In this document: positions 34,809 to 34,859 of the stretch, in pieces
Layout of the letters: each line of letters opens with the position of its first letter
How positions within the stretch are numbered: position 1 is the first letter of the stretch
DNA from: Myxococcota bacterium
GTDB lineage: Bacteria > Myxococcota_A > UBA796 > CAJQPC01
NCBI GenBank assembly: GCA_036229005.1
Contig: JAZAMN010000046.1
Span: 1-34,859, forward strand
Direction of reading: 5' to 3'
Length of the DNA: 34,859 nucleotides
Notes under the pieces: model-generated
What the model was told of the DNA's origin: nothing
Database searches by the model: none
Seen by the model: only the letters and a program-made list of their open reading frames with translations
Translations under genes and position numbers: made by a program

Positions 34809-34859
34809 CGGCCTACCGGTTCATCACAGCGGAGAAGGCCAACCACCCGATTCGGCTGA
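34769..34859 (+). CDS. IS3-family transposase OrfB, 5' fragment in the -1 frame, entered at the AAAAAAAG frameshift site (or GTG 34805)
   Basis: The -1 frame reads ...VTAYRFITAEKANHPIRL, typical of an OrfB N-terminus; A7G lies at 34769-34776. Confidence 0.75.

Larger units (their letters stand above)
34453..34859 (+). mobile_element. IS3-family insertion sequence, left part (truncated by the window end)
   Basis: Putative IRL beginning 5'-TGACCCTCCCCCCATAGGCTGGACC; OrfA; A7G slippery site; start of OrfB. Confidence 0.88.

Overview
A high-GC bacterial window, probably from a Myxococcota-like or deltaproteobacterial lineage (inferred from gene content only). From left to right it contains: (i) two tandem, covarying multi-hairpin repeats; (ii) a minus-strand aromatic catabolism cluster with tryptophan 2,3-dioxygenase, a heme-c chemoreceptor, an SDR, an alpha/beta hydrolase, a luciferase-like monooxygenase, a divergent asparaginase-II homolog, 2-aminomuconic semialdehyde dehydrogenase, and 2-aminophenol 1,6-dioxygenase beta and alpha subunits, the alpha subunit fused to a RidA-type deaminase, plus a divergent Rieske ferredoxin; (iii) an orphan PfaD-like enoyl reductase and surface lipoproteins; (iv) a hidden selenoprotein (in-frame UGA in a W-U-P-Y-C motif, with a SECIS-like hairpin) fusing a Prx-like domain to a DsbD-alpha domain; (v) a GHMP kinase and an ECF sigma/anti-sigma/caspase module; (vi) argA-like, ravA/viaA-like and hypothetical genes; (vii) flagellar export genes fliN-O-P-Q-R-flhB; (viii) a cluster of GTAG-palindrome repeats and the left end of an IS3-family element. 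The top hypothesis is a tryptophan degradation route I do not recognise from the literature: kynurenine is oxidised by a Baeyer-Villiger-type reaction and hydrolysed to aspartate plus 2-aminophenol, bypassing KMO/KynU/HAD/ACMSD. All calls come from motif recognition by eye; no database searches were run.
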